From Clostridia bacterium (GTDB lineage: Bacteria > Bacillota > Clostridia > Christensenellales > UMGS416), in contig JAFGUF010000001.1 in the NCBI GenBank assembly GCA_016938675.1, positions 134,249 through 198,248 on the forward strand: 64,000 nt of DNA. Reading direction: 5' to 3'. Position numbers and translations under genes: made by a program. The notes beneath the pieces were generated by a model. That model searched no databases. It was given only the letters and a program-made list of their open reading frames with translations, and had not been told where the DNA came from. This document shows, one piece after another, positions 61,342 to 64,000 of this stretch; position 1 is the first letter of the stretch; every line of letters begins with the position of its first letter.

Positions 61342-62360
61342 TTACTATTCCATTCTTTCAACTCATCGCGGATATAGGAAAGCGTCATAAGCTTCTCTTT
61401 AACTTCTTCTACATTGAGCCGCCTTGTATTGTCGGAATTGTATTCCTGCTGCGTAGAGAGTTTTTCGTCGCCTTCGACAAAATATTTCGCATAGTTAAGC
61501 CCACGCTTGTCTGCCGGAACTCTAAAGAAATCCTTTAGGTCTTCAGCCTTTATATATTCTTCTTTTGTCAGAAGAGTTTCGTATTTCTTTTCACCGTGGC
61601 GCGTACCTATTATATTAATTGGGTTGTCAGCGTTGAACATATCTTTCAGAGCCTGAGCAAGGTCTCTGATTGTTGAAGCAGGAGCTTTCTGCACCAATAT
61701 GTCGCCTGCCTCAGCGTTATTAAATGCAAAAAGAACTAGCTCAACAGCCTCCTCTAAGCTCATAAGGAACCTTGTCATATCTGGGTCTGTTATAGTTAAT
61801 GGATTTCCGCTTTTAATCTGCTCTATGAACAGAGGAATAACAGAGCCTCTTGATGCCATTACATTGCCGTATCGAGTGCCGCAGATGAGTGTTTTTTTCG
61901 GGTCAACAGTTTTTGATTTTGCTACGAATACCTTTTCCATCATCGCCTTTGATATGCCCATTGCGTTTATCGGATATGCCGCTTTATCGGTTGATAAGCA
62001 TATTACTTTCTTAACACCGGATTGGATTGCCGCGTTAAGCATATTATCAGTTCCTAAAACATTCGTTTTAACTGCTTCCATTGGGAAGAATTCGCAGGAA
62101 GGAACCTGCTTAAGCGCAGCCGCGTGGAAAACATAATCAACGCCATACATCGCATCCCTAAGGCTTTCTATATTTCTTACATCGCCGATAAAGAATTTAA
62201 TTTTATCGTTGTTGTATAATATGCGCATATCATGCTGCTTTTTTTCATCTCTGGAAAATATCCTTATTTCGGCGATATCTGTGTCAAGGAACCTCCGTAG
62301 CACTGCATTTCCGAACGATCCTGTTCCACCTGTAATTAATAAAGTTTTATTCTTAAACAT
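61338..62360 (-). CDS. fnlA: UDP-GlcNAc 4,6-dehydratase / 5-epimerase, CapE/FnlA type
   Basis: 340 aa. LITGGTGSFGNAV, and the polysaccharide-biosynthesis (CapD-like short form) profile with MGISKAMMEK. Confidence 0.88.
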   Translation of the reverse strand: MFKNKTLLITGGTGSFGNAVLRRFLDTDIAEIRIFSRDEKKQHDMRILYNNDKIKFFIGDVRNIESLRDAMYGVDYVFHAAALKQVPSCEFFPMEAVKTNVLGTDNMLNAAIQSGVKKVICLSTDKAAYPINAMGISKAMMEKVFVAKSKTVDPKKTLICGTRYGNVMASRGSVIPLFIEQIKSGNPLTITDPDMTRFLMSLEEAVELVLFAFNNAEAGDILVQKAPASTIRDLAQALKDMFNADNPINIIGTRHGEKKYETLLTKEEYIKAEDLKDFFRVPADKRGLNYAKYFVEGDEKLSTQQEYNSDNTRRLNVEEVKEKLMTLSYIRDELKEWNSK

Positions 62361-62375
62361 GGGTTTCCCTTCCTT

Positions 62376-63605
62376 CTAATTGAAAAATCTATCAATTTCG
62401 TCCAGCAATTTCTCCTTGCTGAAGTTATTTTCATAATATTTTAGGGCATTTTTGCCCATCAATGTCAGCTCTTCTTCTGCTTTCTCTGACATGTAAATAA
62501 TGTTTTCTGCCAGTTTATCCGCATCACCAGGTGCGCCGCACAGGCCGCATTCGGCAGAATTTATTATATCCGCTGCTTCCCCTGATGCTGAAGCCAATAC
62601 AGGCATGCCGCAGGCCATATACGACTGAAGCTTAGCCGGGATTGTCATCCTAAATAGAGGACTTTCATTGAAGCATAGTATTGCAGCGTCGTTTTTAGCC
62701 ATTAAATCAGGAATCTTGTTAGCCGGTTGCCTTTCGGTGAGGATAAACATATCTTTGACCGTTAGTTGCTCAATTATTTTAACGAAATCCTCTTTGTATC
62801 TTCCGTCACCAACAATATTAAATACTATTTTGCCGCCCATGCCTTTTGCCTTGATAATTTCGGCTGCTTTCGGCAGCACATCAAGCCCTTGAGCGTAGCC
62901 TATATTGCCGGCGAATATAATGCTGAACTTCCCATCTGCCGCTTTGCACTTTTCCATTGGCTTATAAAAATCTTCCGCGTACTGAGGCCAGTAAAGTACC
63001 TTTTCCTTCTTTACGCCTCTCGCCTCGATTGAAAGCTTAAAGCTATTCGATCCCGTTAAAATCAGATTGCATCCTCTGTAAATATAGTCTACCATTTTGC
63101 CAAGTTGATTTAATATAAGCTTATTTTTTATGCCTGCAACTATCTCCACATTATCAGGCCAAAGGTCCAGAACATAAAGATAACATGGTATTTTATGCTT
63201 TTTGGCATACCATACTCCGATTAAGGCCTGTGTCATTGGTGAAGTCTCATGGATAAAAACATAGTCAGCCTTAAGTGACGTGAAAGCCTTCCAGAAAAAG
63301 CCTGACACAACAAAAGAAAAGTAATTAAGAGCCAGCATTAAGGAATTTTTCCCTCTTGCTACGAGAGGTATACGGATAATATCAATTCCCTTATAATTCT
63401 CTTTCCTTTTTTTGAAAAGCCCATAACCTTTATAGAACCTGCCCTCAGGATAGTTAGGAATACCGGTTAAAACAGTGACTTTGTATCCTCTTTTTACCCA
63501 TTCTTCGCAGATGTCATTTATTCTGAATTGTTCCGGGTAAAAATATTGAGAAATTACTATAATATGCTTGCTCACAATTTGTTCACTTTCCGTATTTCCT
63601 GTCAT
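62376..63605 (-). CDS. Glycosyltransferase family 4 (WbuB-like, probable L-FucNAc/6-deoxy-HexNAc transferase)
   Basis: 409 aa GT-B fold. The C-terminal E-x7-E-type region is weakly recognisable. Positioned directly upstream of fnlABC. Confidence 0.75.
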   Translation of the reverse strand: MTGNTESEQIVSKHIIVISQYFYPEQFRINDICEEWVKRGYKVTVLTGIPNYPEGRFYKGYGLFKKRKENYKGIDIIRIPLVARGKNSLMLALNYFSFVVSGFFWKAFTSLKADYVFIHETSPMTQALIGVWYAKKHKIPCYLYVLDLWPDNVEIVAGIKNKLILNQLGKMVDYIYRGCNLILTGSNSFKLSIEARGVKKEKVLYWPQYAEDFYKPMEKCKAADGKFSIIFAGNIGYAQGLDVLPKAAEIIKAKGMGGKIVFNIVGDGRYKEDFVKIIEQLTVKDMFILTERQPANKIPDLMAKNDAAILCFNESPLFRMTIPAKLQSYMACGMPVLASASGEAADIINSAECGLCGAPGDADKLAENIIYMSEKAEEELTLMGKNALKYYENNFSKEKLLDEIDRFFN

Positions 63606-63670
63606 CTTTTTAGGCTTTCATTCAAAAGAATTTTATACTATTTGCAATGCTAAGTCAAGGTTATTAAGGC

Positions 63671-63708
63671 ACATAAACAATTGAGGTATGCATCGCTGCA
63701 TACCTCAA
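63671..63708 (-). terminator. Intrinsic terminator after the second degV gene
   Basis: Perfect 12-bp stem TTGAGGTATGCA-TCGC-TGCATACCTCAA followed on the minus strand by TTGTTTAT. Confidence 0.7.
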
Positions 63709-63723
63709 AAAGTTCATTATTTT

Positions 63724-64000
63724 TTATCTTTTGCTTCCTAGGAAGAACAACGCTATGGTTCCCGGCCCGGAATGTGCCCCTACTACGGGGCCAATGTAGC
63801 TATACATAATCTGCTTTATGTTTGGAAACTCAGCCTGAATCATATCGCCCAATTGATGTGCCTCATCTAGGCAATCCCCGTGGCTTACAAATATTGTCTG
63901 GTCAGTATCTGTAAATATACTTTCCTTCATCAGCCTGATCAGCTCTTTTAGCGCCTTTATGCGACCTCTTTGTTTATTAAGAAGTACTAGCCGCCCTTCA
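63724..64000 (-). CDS. DegV family protein, C-terminal part (gene continues beyond the window end)
   Basis: The frame is open to base 64000 (...EGRLVLLNKQRGRIKALKELIRLMKESIF...). C-terminal IGPVVGAHSGPGTIALFF is typical of DegV. Confidence 0.8.
   Translation of the reverse strand, partial: EGRLVLLNKQRGRIKALKELIRLMKESIFTDTDQTIFVSHGDCLDEAHQLGDMIQAEFPNIKQIMYSYIGPVVGAHSGPGTIALFFLGSKR

Noticed and set aside
58887-63723. tRNA-Leu as the integration site of a genomic island carrying the FucNAc cassette.
   Set aside because: No integrase is adjacent, and no copy of the tRNA 3' segment (GGTTCGAATCCGGCCTTCGGCACCA) occurs at the distal boundary (63606-63723). Only the weak adjacency argument remains.

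Overview
This window looks like a chromosomal core region from a low-GC, Clostridia-like Firmicute. It is densely packed with housekeeping genes on both strands.

Gene content by region:
- 1-6.9 kb: rsmA, a HIT protein, a heterodimeric ABC exporter pair, ttcA and thrB.
- 9.3-15.3 kb: xylB with a LacI regulator, then the plsY-der-DUF512 operon.
- 16.5-23.7 kb: T-box-controlled valS-folC, an orphan sugar-ABC ATPase and purA.
- 27.2-33.6 kb: oapA-dxs-tlyA-nadK-argR-recN.
- 34.3-38.6 kb: pfk, rsmI and a TrmN6-like methyltransferase.
- 38.7-47.7 kb: miaB-mutS-mutL-miaA-hfq-ynbB, then lexA.
- 47.7-55.4 kb: an orphan tyrosine recombinase, then yerC-pcrA-ligA followed by an AIR-synthase-like and a Nif3-like gene.
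- 55.7-63.6 kb: a large lipoprotein with degenerate GGDEF-EAL domains, tRNA-Leu(CAA), and a four-gene UDP-L-FucNAc-type sugar cassette (GT4-fnlA-fnlB-fnlC).

I found no CRISPR array, transposase, prophage block or recognisable defence system.

The most notable element is non-coding. A roughly 590-nt, GC-enriched, ORF-free, hairpin-dense segment at about 26.6-27.2 kb sits immediately upstream of a 4-TM DxxxD protein and dxs-tlyA-nadK-argR-recN. That is the published genomic context of OLE (ornate, large, extremophilic) RNA and its partner OapA.

Secondary items:
- An unclassified structured leader of about 220 nt upstream of thrB.
- A leader-peptide plus terminator attenuator candidate upstream of the ABC exporter pair.
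- A Val T-box that also controls a 66-aa membrane ORF.
- An 18-bp perfect hairpin at the 5' end of the recombinase transcript.
- An SOS box overlapping the lexA -35 element.
- A probably leaderless, autoregulated TetR gene.

All calls rest on reading the sequence and the ORF translations. No database search or folding computation was run.
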